DNA from: an uncultured Verrucomicrobiae bacterium
Lineage (GTDB): Bacteria; Verrucomicrobiota; Verrucomicrobiia; Chthoniobacterales; Chthoniobacteraceae
Reading direction: 5' to 3'
Assembly: GCA_963769025.1 (NCBI GenBank)
Contig: CAVYKI010000002.1
Span: forward strand, 128,001 to 192,000
Length of the DNA: 64,000 nt
Positions 35,195 to 49,702 of this stretch are shown here, piece by piece (within the stretch, counting starts at the first letter, position 1; each line of letters begins with the position of its first letter). The notes under the pieces are model-generated. The model was not told where the DNA came from and made no database searches. It was given only the letters and a program-made list of their open reading frames with translations. The position numbers and the translations under genes are program-made.

Positions 35195-35318
35195 CGCGGA
35201 ACCGCGCGAGGGCAGCTCATTTTTCGCGCAAAACCCGGGGCTGCGCCCGTGCCTCGCTTGCCATGGGCTGGCTTGTGCCGGGCCGTCGGTCCTCATTTCC
35301 CAAAGCGCATGACAGGTT

Positions 35319-35567
35319 TTAGCCCTCGATGGTGTTGATCTCGACGGGCTCGACCTTCACGCCGATCTCCTCAAGCCAGCCGATGGCGCGCTTGATCTCG
35401 TCGCGTTCGCCGATGAATTCGAGGCAGACGAGGCCGACTTCGTCGTTCACGCTGGCCTGGCGGAGGTTCGTGGTGACCTCGAATTTTTTGCACAGCTCCC
35501 ACACGATGGGCCGTGTGATGAGCTTGGTGGGATACATGAGCCAGAGGCGGGTTGTTTGGGCGGCCAT
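35319..35567 (-). CDS. NIL domain protein
   Basis: RLWLMYP..LI..PIVWEL, TNLRQASV, AI.WL...GVKVEPVE. Confidence 0.85.
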   Translation of the reverse strand: MAAQTTRLWLMYPTKLITRPIVWELCKKFEVTTNLRQASVNDEVGLVCLEFIGERDEIKRAIGWLEEIGVKVEPVEINTIEG

Positions 35568-35709
35568 TGGGATGTGTGAGATGCGGGTAGTTCGGAATGC
35601 CGTCGGAATACGGGGTTGTGAATGGAGACTGCGGAAGAGTGACCAGTCACCCCTCAGGAGTCACCAGTCACTTTTGCATTTCGTGCAAAGCGGCAAGTGC
35701 GACGCGCGG

Positions 35710-35984
35710 CTAGCCGCCGGCGATGGCGGGGACGATGCTGATTTCGTCGGTGTCTTTCACGGGCGTCGCGCGTTCTCTTCGAGGAAGCGGATGTCTTCGT
35801 CGTTCACGAAGATGTTCACGAAGCGGCGGACGTTGCCCTGCTCGTCGCAGATGCGCTCTTTCAGGCCGGGGAAGGCCTTGTCGAGATTGTCGAGCAGTTC
35901 GCCGATGTTCGCGCCGGCGGCGCTGACGACTTCGAGTTCGTTGGTGAGTTTGCGGAGCGGGGTGGGGATGCGGACGGAGGGCAT
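35710..35984 (-). CDS. ThiS/MoaD-family (CysO-like) sulfur carrier (frameshift near 35775)
   Basis: VRIPTPLRKLT, RRFVNIFVNDEDIRFL, C-terminal ISIVPAIAGG. Confidence 0.92.
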
Positions 35985-35985
35985 G

Positions 35986-36020
35986 GGGATTTGAGATTGA
36001 GGATTTGGGATTTAGGATTT
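35986..36020. repeat. Heptamer tandem repeat RGGATTT x5
   Basis: GGGATTT GAGATTG AGGATTT GGGATTT AGGATTT fills the thrC-moaD spacer. Confidence 0.85.
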
Positions 36021-36028
36021 GGCGGCGG

Positions 36029-37295
36029 TCAGGCAGCGGCGGCGTCGGCTTGTGTAAATCTGCTCCTCGAATTCGCGGAGGCTCGGCTTGATGAGGCGCG
36101 GCTCGCCGCATTTGCCGATGATCGCTTCCTGCGTCTTGAGGCCGTGGCCGGTGATGCAGAGGACGGCGCTCTCGTCGCGCGGGATGTTGCCGCTCTCGAT
36201 GAGCTTCTTCGCGCAGGCGACGGTGACGCCGCCGGCGGTTTCGGCGAAGATGCCCTCGTACTCGGCGAGCAGGCGGATGCCTTCGACGACTTCCTCATCG
36301 GTGCACGTCCTCGGCGCGGCCGCCGGTCTGCTTCATGGCGTGGATGGCGTAGTAGCCGTCGGCGGGCGTGCCGATGGCGAGCGACTTCACGATCGTGTCG
36401 GGCTTCGGCACGGGCTTCACGATGTCGGTGCCGCTCTTCATCGCGTGCGCGATCGGGCGCGCAGCCGGTGGCCTGCGCGCCATAGACGGAGAAGGTCGCG
36501 TCCTCGACGAGGCCGAGCTTGGCGAACTCGCCGTACGCCTTGTGGATCTTCGTGAGCAGCGAGCCGGAGGCCATCGGGACGACGGTGTGCTGCGGGATGC
36601 GCCAGCCGAGTTGCTCGCAGATTTCAAAGCCCATCGTCTTCGAGCCCTCGGCGTAATACGGGCGCAGGTTCACATTCACAAAGCCCCAGCCGTATTTGCC
36701 GGCGATCTCGGAGCAGAGGCGGTTCACCTGATCGTAGGCGCCGTGGATGGCGACGACATTCGTGCCATAGACGAGCGAGCCGAGCACCTTGCCCTGCTCG
36801 AGGTCGGCGGGGATGAGCACGTAGCTTTTCAGCCCGGCGCTGGCGGCGTTGGCGGCGACGGAGTTGGCGAGATTGCCCGTCGAGGCGCAGGCGACGGTCT
36901 TGAAGCCAAGCTCGCGCGCGCGGCTGAGCGCGACGGAGACGACGCGATCCTTGAAGGACAGCGTGGGGTAATTGACCGTGTCGTTCTTGATGTAGAGCTC
37001 GCGGATGCCGAGCGCCTTGGCGAGCCGGTCCGCCTTGACCAGCGGCGTGAAGCCGACCTGCGTGCCGACCGTCGGCTCGCCATCGATCGGCAGCAGCTCG
37101 CGGTAGCGCCACATGCGTCTGCGGGCGGGATTCGATGACTTCGCGCGTGAGCACCGGCTTGATCGCGTCGTAGTCGTAGGCCGCCTCGAGCGGGCCGAAG
37201 TCGAAGTCGCAGACGTGGATGGCCTGCTTCGGGTAAAGCCGGCCGCACTCGCGGCATTTGAGGTTGGAGAAGTAGGAAGGTGTATTTTTTTGCAT
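36029..37295 (-). CDS. thrC: Threonine synthase-like PLP enzyme (frameshifted)
   Basis: N-terminal CREC, MWRYRELLP, PTLSFKDR (PLP Lys), CASTGNLA, EGSKT, SLAIG.PADG, CITGHGLKT. Confidence 0.88.
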
Positions 37296-37357
37296 GGCTA
37301 TGCCGAACTGAATCACTCTTCCCGGAGTGGCGAGGGGCGATGACAATCGCCGCTTCG

Positions 37358-37479
37358 CTCTCATCTACCCCCGAACCATTGCGGCGCGAGGCTGGATTTG
37401 GCACCTAGACCCCCGGGTTGAATCGGAGCGGTTGCCGTGGCGTCGCAGGGCCAGAACCCTCAGCCACTCTGGATAAGAG
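37358..37479 (-). promoter_or_regulatory. SAM-I riboswitch
   Basis: Minus strand CTCTTATCCAGAG-TGGCTGAGGG..TGGCCC..GCCA-CGGCAACC...AGGTGCCAAATCC...GATGAGAG matches the S-box consensus including P1; about 60 nt upstream of the thrC-like start. Confidence 0.93.
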
Positions 37480-37787
37480 AGGGCGCGACGATAGATGTGT
37501 TGGACGGGCCGTCAACGGAATTTTTGCCGCATGCTCGCGTCCGTTTTCGGGAAGGTGGCGGTCGCGCAGAAAGGGACCGATCCGCCATTTCACCTACTCG
37601 GGATGGGCGGTTCGAGCCCTCCGGCGGTCATTCGCAACGTACAAAGCTGCGTGAATATGGAATTTATTACCTACATAAATACCTACGAATTGCGTTGCCA
37701 AATCGACTTCGCGATTCCATGACCCAACATATGGTGGTTTTGTGTGCCCTCGCCGTGAAACGTGCACAAGGATTGCGAAAACTCCTG

Positions 37788-37816
37788 TTGACACCACCCC
37801 GAAAAATTACCATTTT
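37788..37816 (+). promoter_or_regulatory. Possible sigma70 promoter
   Basis: TTGACA-17 bp-CATTTT in an AT-richer intergenic region just before ATG 37833. Confidence 0.35.
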
Positions 37817-37832
37817 CATCACAACATTGAGT

Positions 37833-38435
37833 ATGACGCGGCCACCCACCAACGATCCAGCTCCCCAAGAAACCGTTCCAGTTCACAACTTGATGACGGT
37901 GAAGGAGACGGCTGCCTACCTGCGGATCCCGTTGCCGACGGTTTATTACCTTGTGCAGCGCGGACAGCTTCCCGCGATTCAGATCGGCGGTCGGTGGCGC
38001 GTGAAGAAGGATGCGCTGGATCGGGACATTTTGCGCAATGAGGAGGAGGGACAGCCGACGGTGCTCGTGGTCGATGACGACACCGGCCTGCAAAGCATGT
38101 TCAAGCTTTTCCTGAAAAAGCAGGGCTTCTCACGAATCGTCGTGGGTACCGGCAAGGACGCACTCGCTGCCCTGCAAAAGCAGAAATTCGAACTGTGCTT
38201 CCTCGATCTTCAATTGCCCGACACGACGGGTGACGAGGTGTATAAGCAGGCGAAGGAAATCCAGCCCACTCTGCCGATCGTCATCATCACGGGCTACCCC
38301 GACAGCCAGATGCTGGATAATATTCTGAAACTCGGTCCCGTCACGGTGCTGAAAAAGCCGCTGCAGGTGGAGGCACTCCAGCAGACGATGGCGATGCTGG
38401 GTCACAAGGCGACAGAGAAGGCCAAGGTGGCCTGA
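37833..38435 (+). CDS. Response regulator with N-terminal excisionase-type HTH (HTH_17)
   Basis: LMTVKETAAYLRI...TVY..VQRGQLPA.QIGGRWRV, then LVVDDD, FLDLQLPD, IITGY, KKP. Confidence 0.9.
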   Translation: MTRPPTNDPAPQETVPVHNLMTVKETAAYLRIPLPTVYYLVQRGQLPAIQIGGRWRVKKDALDRDILRNEEEGQPTVLVVDDDTGLQSMFKLFLKKQGFSRIVVGTGKDALAALQKQKFELCFLDLQLPDTTGDEVYKQAKEIQPTLPIVIITGYPDSQMLDNILKLGPVTVLKKPLQVEALQQTMAMLGHKATEKAKVA

Positions 38436-38447
38436 AGCGGCGGACCG

Positions 38448-39894
38448 TTAAATCGGTGCGCTGGCCTTATGCCAGTCGGTGGACTGTTCGTAGGCGTGCG
38501 CGATTTGCAAAAGGCGTGCTTCCTGGAAAGGCTGGCCGATGAGTTGCAGACCGATGGGGAGCTTCTTGCCGTCGGTTTCTGCAAAGCCGCACGGCAGGCT
38601 CAGACCACAGGTGCCGGCAAGGTTGCACGCGATGGTGAAGATGTCCGCGAGATACATTTTCAGCGGATCGTCAGTGCGGTCGTCGGCCTTGAATGCGGGC
38701 TCGGGCGTCGTGGGGCAGATGATGGCGTCCACGCGTTCAAAGGCGCGCGTGAAGTCGTCGTCGGATGAGCGTGCGGACCTTTTGCGCACGCAGGTAAAAG
38801 GCGTCGTAGTAGCCGCTGCTGAGCACGTAGGTGCCCAGGATGATGCGGCGTTTCACTTCGGGACCGAAGCCCTGCCCGCGTGTCTGGCCATACATTTCGA
38901 GCAGGCTCGCATTCGTGGCGCGCGACCCGTAGCGGACGCCGTCGAAGCGCGCGAGATTCGCCGACGCCTCGGCGGTGGCGATGATGTAATAGACGCCGAC
39001 GGCGTGCTCGGTGTTGGGCAGCGAGACCTCGACGATTTCCGCTCCGAGCGATTCGTATTGCCGGATCGCGGCTCGCACGGCGGCGTCCACCTGCGGGTCG
39101 ATGCCGCTGATGAAATACTCCTTCGGCATCCCGAGCTTCACGCCGCGCAAGTCGCGGCCGAGCAGTCCTGCGTAGTCGGCCACGGGTTCGTCGAGGCTCG
39201 TGGAGTCGAGCGGGTCGCGGCCGGAGATCGCGTTGAGCAGGAGCGCGGCGTCCTCGACGGTCTTGGTGAAAGGTCCGATCTGATCGAGCGACGAGGCGAA
39301 GGCGACAAGGCCGAAGCGCGAGACGCGGCCGTAGGTCGGCTTCAGCCCCACGCAGCCGCACAGCGCTGCGGGCTGGCGGATGGAGCCGCCGGTGTCCGAG
39401 CCCAGAGCGGCGAAGGCTTCGTGCGCCGCGACCACGGCTGCGGAACCGCCGGACGATCCGCCCGGTACGCGCGAGGGATCCCACGGGTTGCACGAGCGGC
39501 CGAAGGCGGAATTTTCCGTCGAACTGCCCATGGCGAACTCGTCCATGTTGCAGCGCCCAAATGGGATCGCACCCGCGGCGCGCAGCTTCGCGATCACCGT
39601 CGCGTCGTAGGTCGACTTATAGCCATCGAGGATTTTTGAACCGCACGAGCAAGGCTCGCCGTTCACGTTGATCACGTCCTTGATCGCAATCGGCACGCCG
39701 CCGAGCGGGAGATTGACGTCGGCCTTCTCGGCGAGGGCGCGAGCCGCCGCGTAGTCACGCGAGAGGTAGCCGTGGATGACGGGTTCGACGTTGCCGATGC
39801 GTGCTTCGAGCGCGTCGAGGGCTTCGACCGGCGAGGTTTCCCGAGCGCGGAACTTGCGGCGGAGTTCGGAGACGGAGAGTGCGGTGAGTGACAT
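38448..39894 (-). CDS. gatA: Asp/Glu-tRNA amidotransferase subunit A (frameshift near 38760)
   Basis: [67 protein letters not shown]. Confidence 0.96.
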
Positions 39895-39915
39895 CCGGGT
39901 GCTGGTGAATGCGCG

Positions 39916-40200
39916 CTATTCGATCACTTTCGGCACGATGAACAGCCCGTTCGCCGAGCGCGGCGCGTTGGAGAGCGCGACCTCGGGCGTGAACCAGTCA
40001 CGGGCCGCGTCTTTACGGAAAACGTTCACGACCTGGTTCGCGTGCGCCGTGGGCTCGACGCCGGAGACATCCACCTTGTTGAGTTTTTCCACGTGCGAAA
40101 GCACCTGCCCAAGCTGGCTCTGGAACTTCGCGATTTCCGCGTCGGAAAGCTCCAGCCGCGCAAGCTGTGCGATGTAACGGACGTCGAACTGGTCACTCAT
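39916..40200 (-). CDS. gatC: Asp/Glu-tRNA amidotransferase subunit C
   Basis: VRYIAQLARL, VEPT.H, LSNAP, FIVPKVIE; directly upstream of gatA. Confidence 0.95.
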   Translation of the reverse strand: MSDQFDVRYIAQLARLELSDAEIAKFQSQLGQVLSHVEKLNKVDVSGVEPTAHANQVVNVFRKDAARDWFTPEVALSNAPRSANGLFIVPKVIE

Positions 40201-40257
40201 GGGGCGCGGATGAGAGCGGAAAATCCGCGCGCTGTGAAAGGAAAACGTGAGCGTGTT

Positions 40258-40716
40258 TCAGCGCGGCGCAGCGGGCTCGATCGCGGGCTGCGCCGGTGGC
40301 TCGGCGGGCGTTGGTTCAGCGGGTTTGATGTCGCCCATCGCCTCCATCCATCGCTGCGTGAAGTCCTTCGTGAAAGTGTCGAAGCGCTGGCGCTGTCCGT
40401 CGCGGAGGACGGCGCGCATGCGCTCGCCGGCGCGGGCGAGCGCAGCATCGATCTGCGGGCGTACCGGTTTCACCGCCTCGCGGAGATCGGCGCCGGTTTC
40501 ATTGAGGATCTGCCAGAACTGGTGGGCCTGATCTTCGTCGAGCTTCAGATCGTGTTTCGCCTTTTGCATGAGGATGCGGCGGACATTTGGCGGACCGCCA
40601 CGCAGCGTCTTGTTGACGTAGTCCATCAGCGACGCCGAGCTGCCGAGCACCGCACCAACAAAGGCTCCGCACAAAAAGATCGCGAGGACGCCGAGGATTC
40701 CCTTGAGGCGTTTCAT
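40258..40716 (-). CDS. Membrane-anchored periplasmic helical protein (Spy/CpxP-like accessory)
   Basis: N-terminal TM, DLKLDEDQ and VLRDGQRQRFD (LTxxQ-like) motifs; third gene of ECF trio. Confidence 0.65.
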   Translation of the reverse strand: MKRLKGILGVLAIFLCGAFVGAVLGSSASLMDYVNKTLRGGPPNVRRILMQKAKHDLKLDEDQAHQFWQILNETGADLREAVKPVRPQIDAALARAGERMRAVLRDGQRQRFDTFTKDFTQRWMEAMGDIKPAEPTPAEPPAQPAIEPAAPR

Positions 40717-41054
40717 TCGTCGTGCCCGAGGTAAAAGTCGATCGAAGGCATCCCGGCAAACCGCACCGCGTCGAACATGCTCTCCGTTCCCGGCGATTCG
40801 TCCGCGTGGGTGTAGGCCCATGCGCCCGCCGCGATCGCGACGGCTGCGGCAAACGGACAGAGCTTCCACGCCCAGGCGAGCCACGAGGTGCCGCGCTCCG
40901 CGCGCAACCTCGCCGTGACGCGGGTTTCAAACGCGTAAGTGAGGCGATCGAGCCCGCCGGCGTTCTCCACGTACGGCGGTGGCTCTTCGCGCATGGCGCG
41001 GAAGATCGCGTCCAGTTTGTCGTCGGCGGGATGGGTTTTGTCGTCAGAGTTCAT
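40713..41054 (-). CDS. Putative anti-sigma membrane protein
   Basis: Overlaps ECF sigma stop; FETRV.ARL followed by a single TM helix. Confidence 0.65.
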   Translation of the reverse strand: MNSDDKTHPADDKLDAIFRAMREEPPPYVENAGGLDRLTYAFETRVTARLRAERGTSWLAWAWKLCPFAAAVAIAAGAWAYTHADESPGTESMFDAVRFAGMPSIDFYLGHDE

Positions 41055-41601
41055 GGCTGCGTTCCAGGATTTCCTTCAGTCGGGCGCGGGCGCGGAAGGC
41101 CCGCACTTTCACATTGCTCTCGCTCCAGCCGGTGTGCTGCGCGATGTCGCGGACGGTGCGCTCTTCGAGTTCGAGCAGCGTGAGCACGAGGCGCTCCTCG
41201 GGCGAAAGCCGGTGCATGGCCCACGCGACGAGTTCGCATGCCGCACGGGATGCGCCGTCGGCATCCGCGCCGGTGTCGCGGATTTCCGCGGTGAATTCAT
41301 CGAGCGAAAGCTGATCCCGGTGCCGCCGCTCGCGCCGGAGGAAATCGTAGCACGCGGTGACCGTGAGCCGCGCCAGCCAGTGCTCGAATGGCGCGTCGCC
41401 GCGGAAGCTGCCGAGCTTCCGCCATGCGCGCAGGAAGACCTCCTGGCACAGATCGTCAAGCTGGTGCGCGTCGCGCGCAAAGCGTGAGCAGGTCCCGAAC
41501 ACGCGGCCCTTGTGCCGGCGGATGAGTTCCGCGTACGCGCCGTCGTCGCCCGAAAGCGTCGCTCGGACGAGTGCGTGGTCGCCGGATGCGGCATCGCTCA
41601 T
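41044..41601 (-). CDS. ECF RNA polymerase sigma factor
   Basis: DDLCQEVFLRAW, F..WL.R, region 4 LSPEERLVLTL.ELE...DIA...GWSESNVKVRAFRAR. Confidence 0.93.
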   Translation of the reverse strand: MSDAASGDHALVRATLSGDDGAYAELIRRHKGRVFGTCSRFARDAHQLDDLCQEVFLRAWRKLGSFRGDAPFEHWLARLTVTACYDFLRRERRHRDQLSLDEFTAEIRDTGADADGASRAACELVAWAMHRLSPEERLVLTLLELEERTVRDIAQHTGWSESNVKVRAFRARARLKEILERSHEL

Positions 41602-41941
41602 CTGCGAGGTGCTACCTGCGGCGGGAGCAAACGGCAAGGCGTGCCAGGCGATGGCGGAAGTGATCATGGAGAATCATTGGTGCTGACATGTGGAGGGACG
41701 CGGGAGTGTGCGCCGAGGTTACGATTTTCGCGAAGCGAATCGCCTGCGGGCCGGATGCGAAAAATCCTGACGAAATTCCTGTCGCGACAGCCGGGAGAGT
41801 GATACATCGCGCGGCCATTTTGAAAATCAGCACGCAGTTCCAGAATAGCACAGCGCATCGCCACGGATCTTTTTTGTGGTTGCGGCGAATTATTGAGATA
41901 TGCATTCCCGCGGCTCTTTGCACAGTCAGTACAACATCGAA

Positions 41942-46590
<4,649 letters not shown>

Positions 46591-46616
46591 GGCGCAACAC
46601 CAACTTCGAAACGACC

Positions 46617-48101
46617 ATGGGAAAACCAACAGGCTTCATTGATTTCAGCGCGAGCTTCCCGCCGACCGCGCGCCGCTCGAACGCGTCCGCGACTGGAGCG
46701 AATTCCACCTCCACATGCCCGAGGCCACGCTCCGCACGCAGGGCGCGCGCTGCATGGATTGCGGCATTCCCTTTTGCCACACCGGCACGCTCATCAGCGG
46801 CATGGCGAGCGGGTGCCCGATCAACAATCTCATCCCCGAGTGGAACGACCTCGTCTATCGCGGCCTGTGGAAGGAAGCGCTCGAGCGCCTGCACAAGACG
46901 AACAACTTCCCCGAGTTCACCGGCCGCGTCTGCCCCGCGCCGTGCGAAGGCTCGTGCGTGCTCGGCATCAATGAGCCGCCGGTCACGATCAAGAACATCG
47001 AGGTCGCCATCATCGACCAAGGCTGGGAAGAAGGCTGGGTCGTCGCCGAGCCGCCGGCGAAGCGCACGGGCAAAAAAGTCGCCGTCATCGGCTCCGGTCC
47101 CGCGGGACTTTCCGCCGCCGCGCAGCTCAACAAAGCCGGGCACACCGTCACCGTCTTCGAGCGCGCGGATCGCCCCGGCGGGCTGCTCATGTATGGCATC
47201 CCGAACATGAAGCTCGACAAGGAGCAGGTCGTCCTGCGCCGCATCAAGCTGCTCGAAGCGGAAGGCATCACCTTCGTCTGCAACACCGAGGTCGGCAAAA
47301 ATCTCCCCGCGGAGAAACTCATGGCCGACTTCGACGCCGTGGTCCTCGCGACCGGCGCGACGAAGCCGCGCGATCTGCCCATCGACGGCCGCCAGCTCAA
47401 GGGCATCCACTTCGCGATGGACTTCCTCACCGCGAACACGAAGTCGATTTTGGACAGGCACAAGAACGGCAACTTCATCGACGCCGACCGGCAAGGACGT
47501 CATCGTCATCGGCGGCGGCGACACCGGCACCGACTGCGTCGGCACCTCCATGCGCCACGGCTGCGCGAGCCTCGTGCAGGTCGAGATTTTGCCAAAGCCG
47601 CCGATGGAGCGCGCGAAGGACAACCCGTGGCCCGAGTGGCCGAAGGTCTACAAGCTCGACTACGGCCAGGAGGAAGCCGCCGCGAAATTCGGCGACGACC
47701 CGCGCGTCTATCTCACCACCGCGACGAAATTCGAGGGCGACGCCGACGGCCACGTGAAGGCCGTCCACACCGTGCAGGTCGAGTGGACAAAGAACGACAA
47801 GGGCCAGTTCATCCCGAAGAACGTCCCCGGCACCGAGAAAGTCCTGCCCGCGCAGCTCGTGCTGCTCGCGATGGGATTCCTCGGACCCGAGCAGCCGCTC
47901 CTCGAAGCCCTCGGCGTCGAGCGCGACCCGCGCAGCAATGTGAAGGCCGACTACGGCAAATACGGCACCAGCATCCCGAAGGTCTTCGCCGCCGGCGACT
48001 GCCGCCGCGGCCAGAGCCTCGTCGTCTGGGCCTTCAATGAAGGCCGCGGCGCCGCCCGCGAGTGCGACCGCTTCCTCATGGGCGCGACGGATCTGCCGTA
48101 A
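46617..48101 (+). CDS. gltD: Glutamate synthase small subunit (frameshifts near 46645 and 47487)
   Basis: [56 protein letters not shown]. Confidence 0.96.
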
Positions 48102-48224
48102 AGGCGGGGCGGGGGAGGAATCCTGGAGCACGGCGGTGATGATGGAACCCGGCGCTGCCGTCGGGTGGTCGGTCTGCGCCAAGGCAATTAGCTGGCCGGA
48201 AAATAACTGCTCTTGGCAGCCATC

Positions 48225-48476
48225 AAACGGGAGCCGCAAGCCACAACACGAAAGACGGCAGCCACAAAACAATAGGCGGCAGACCAAGAACAAAAGGCGT
48301 CACCCATGGAACGAAAGGCGCCAGCCCGGGAACGGAAAGCGCCAGCCGCAAAACGAAAGACGCAAGCCTTGGAACGGAAGGCGCAAGCGACAAAACGGAA
48401 GGCGCAAGTCGTAAAACGGAAGGCGCAAGCGGCAAAACGGAAGCCGCCAGCGATTGAACGGAAGTCGCCAGCCCAA
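48225..48476. repeat. Degenerate 21-bp tandem array, 12 copies
   Basis: Units start at 48225, 48246 ... 48456 with no indels; consensus RAACGRAAGNCGCMAGCSNNN; decayed extra unit at 48204. Confidence 0.93.
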
Positions 48477-48631
48477 AAACCTGCCAAAAAGGGCCTCTTT
48501 TCCGCATTCGCCGCCGCTCCCTCCCGCACGGCAGCCACATACCCCTCATCCAACGACACGGCATGATTATTCTTCTCCACTAACTTTAGTATTGACGGCC
48601 CCCCGAGCAAATTGCCTTTCTCCCCGGCGCG

Positions 48632-49565
48632 ATGAGCAGAGTTATCCGCTGGGGTGATGGCACCCGATTCGGAGATCCCAATGCATATTGGGGCTCTCCC
48701 TCATATGTCCTCCAGCCCGGCGACCCCGGCTTCGTCGCACCGAACCTCACCAGCCTCCTCCTCACCATGAGCGACACCCGCAAGTTCCGTTTCGCCCTCT
48801 CCACACTGCTCCACGCCGCCGACAGCCTCAGCGACGCCATCGGCGACACCGACTACGCCACCGCCATGGTCGCGCGCCTCGACGACCCGGGCGAGACCCC
48901 GCCCTACATCTTCCGCACCGTCTTCGAGACGGCCATCGCCGATGTGCGCGCCGAGGTGCAAAAGCAGGGCGGCAAGACCGGCGATGCCGGCGACCTCACT
49001 TCGGATCAAAAGGCCGCCTTCGCCGAAGTCGAGCGCCTCGCCGCCGCCGCGCGCCGCAGTGCGCGCCTCGCCTTCCCCGGCGACGGCGTGAAGCTGCGCA
49101 GCGAATTCCAGGTCGGCATCGACGAACCGCAGGACCTGGCCTCCGTGCTCGAACGCGCGGGCAAGACCCTCGCCGCCGCGCGCAAATACGCCGCCGAATT
49201 GAAAAAGGAAGGCTGGCGCGCCGCCGACGCCGACGCGCTCGAAGCCGCCCTCGCAGCCCTCGGCGAAGTCGCGCAGGATCAGGACGAAGCCCTCGCCGAC
49301 CGCGCCCAATTCACCGCCGCCCTCACCCGCAAGGCCAACCTCGTCTTCAAGCTCTGCCAGCGAATCCAAAACGCCGCCCGCCTGGAATACCCCTCCACCA
49401 AGCCCAACACCGAAGCCGCCCGCCTCCGCTTCCTCCTCGAAACCTTCCCCCCGCGCGACCGCAACCAGCCCGACGGCGGCACGCAATCAGCCCGACGGCG
49501 GCACGCAGACCGACCCGGTGAATCCTGCGAACCCGCCCACTCCGGCGCCGTCCGACTCCGCCTAA
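48632..49565 (+). CDS. Hypothetical all-helical protein with W/G/P-rich leader (core start 48767) and Pro-rich tail; probable +1 frameshift near 49485
   Basis: Strong C-ending codon bias 48767-49480; after a 22-bp duplication the +1 frame reads QPDGGTQTDPVNPANPPTPAPSDSA to TAA 49563-49565. Confidence 0.72.
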
Positions 49566-49702
49566 CGGTGCGCGACGAAGAATCTGGCATCTCCGCAAGA
49601 CCTCACAAGCTCCCGCAACCCCTTGCCCCTTATCCGACAGCAATGCAACCAGCCACTGCCCTTACCAGCTCATTTTCCCACACACGATCCACACTGTACG
49701 CT

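Noticed and set aside
35638..35671. GTGACCAGTCAC / GTCACCAGTCAC short repeat as an operator
   Set aside because: Too short, and lies within an operon spacer; more likely another short-repeat relic.
48225..48476. CRISPR array
   Set aside because: The period is only 21 bp, with no repeat/spacer alternation of CRISPR size and no cas genes.
48306..48566. Histone H1-like protein as a confident CDS
   Set aside because: It starts mid-array, has an in-frame stop in an upstream unit, and several frames on both strands are open simply because of the repeat; kept only as an alternative hypothesis.
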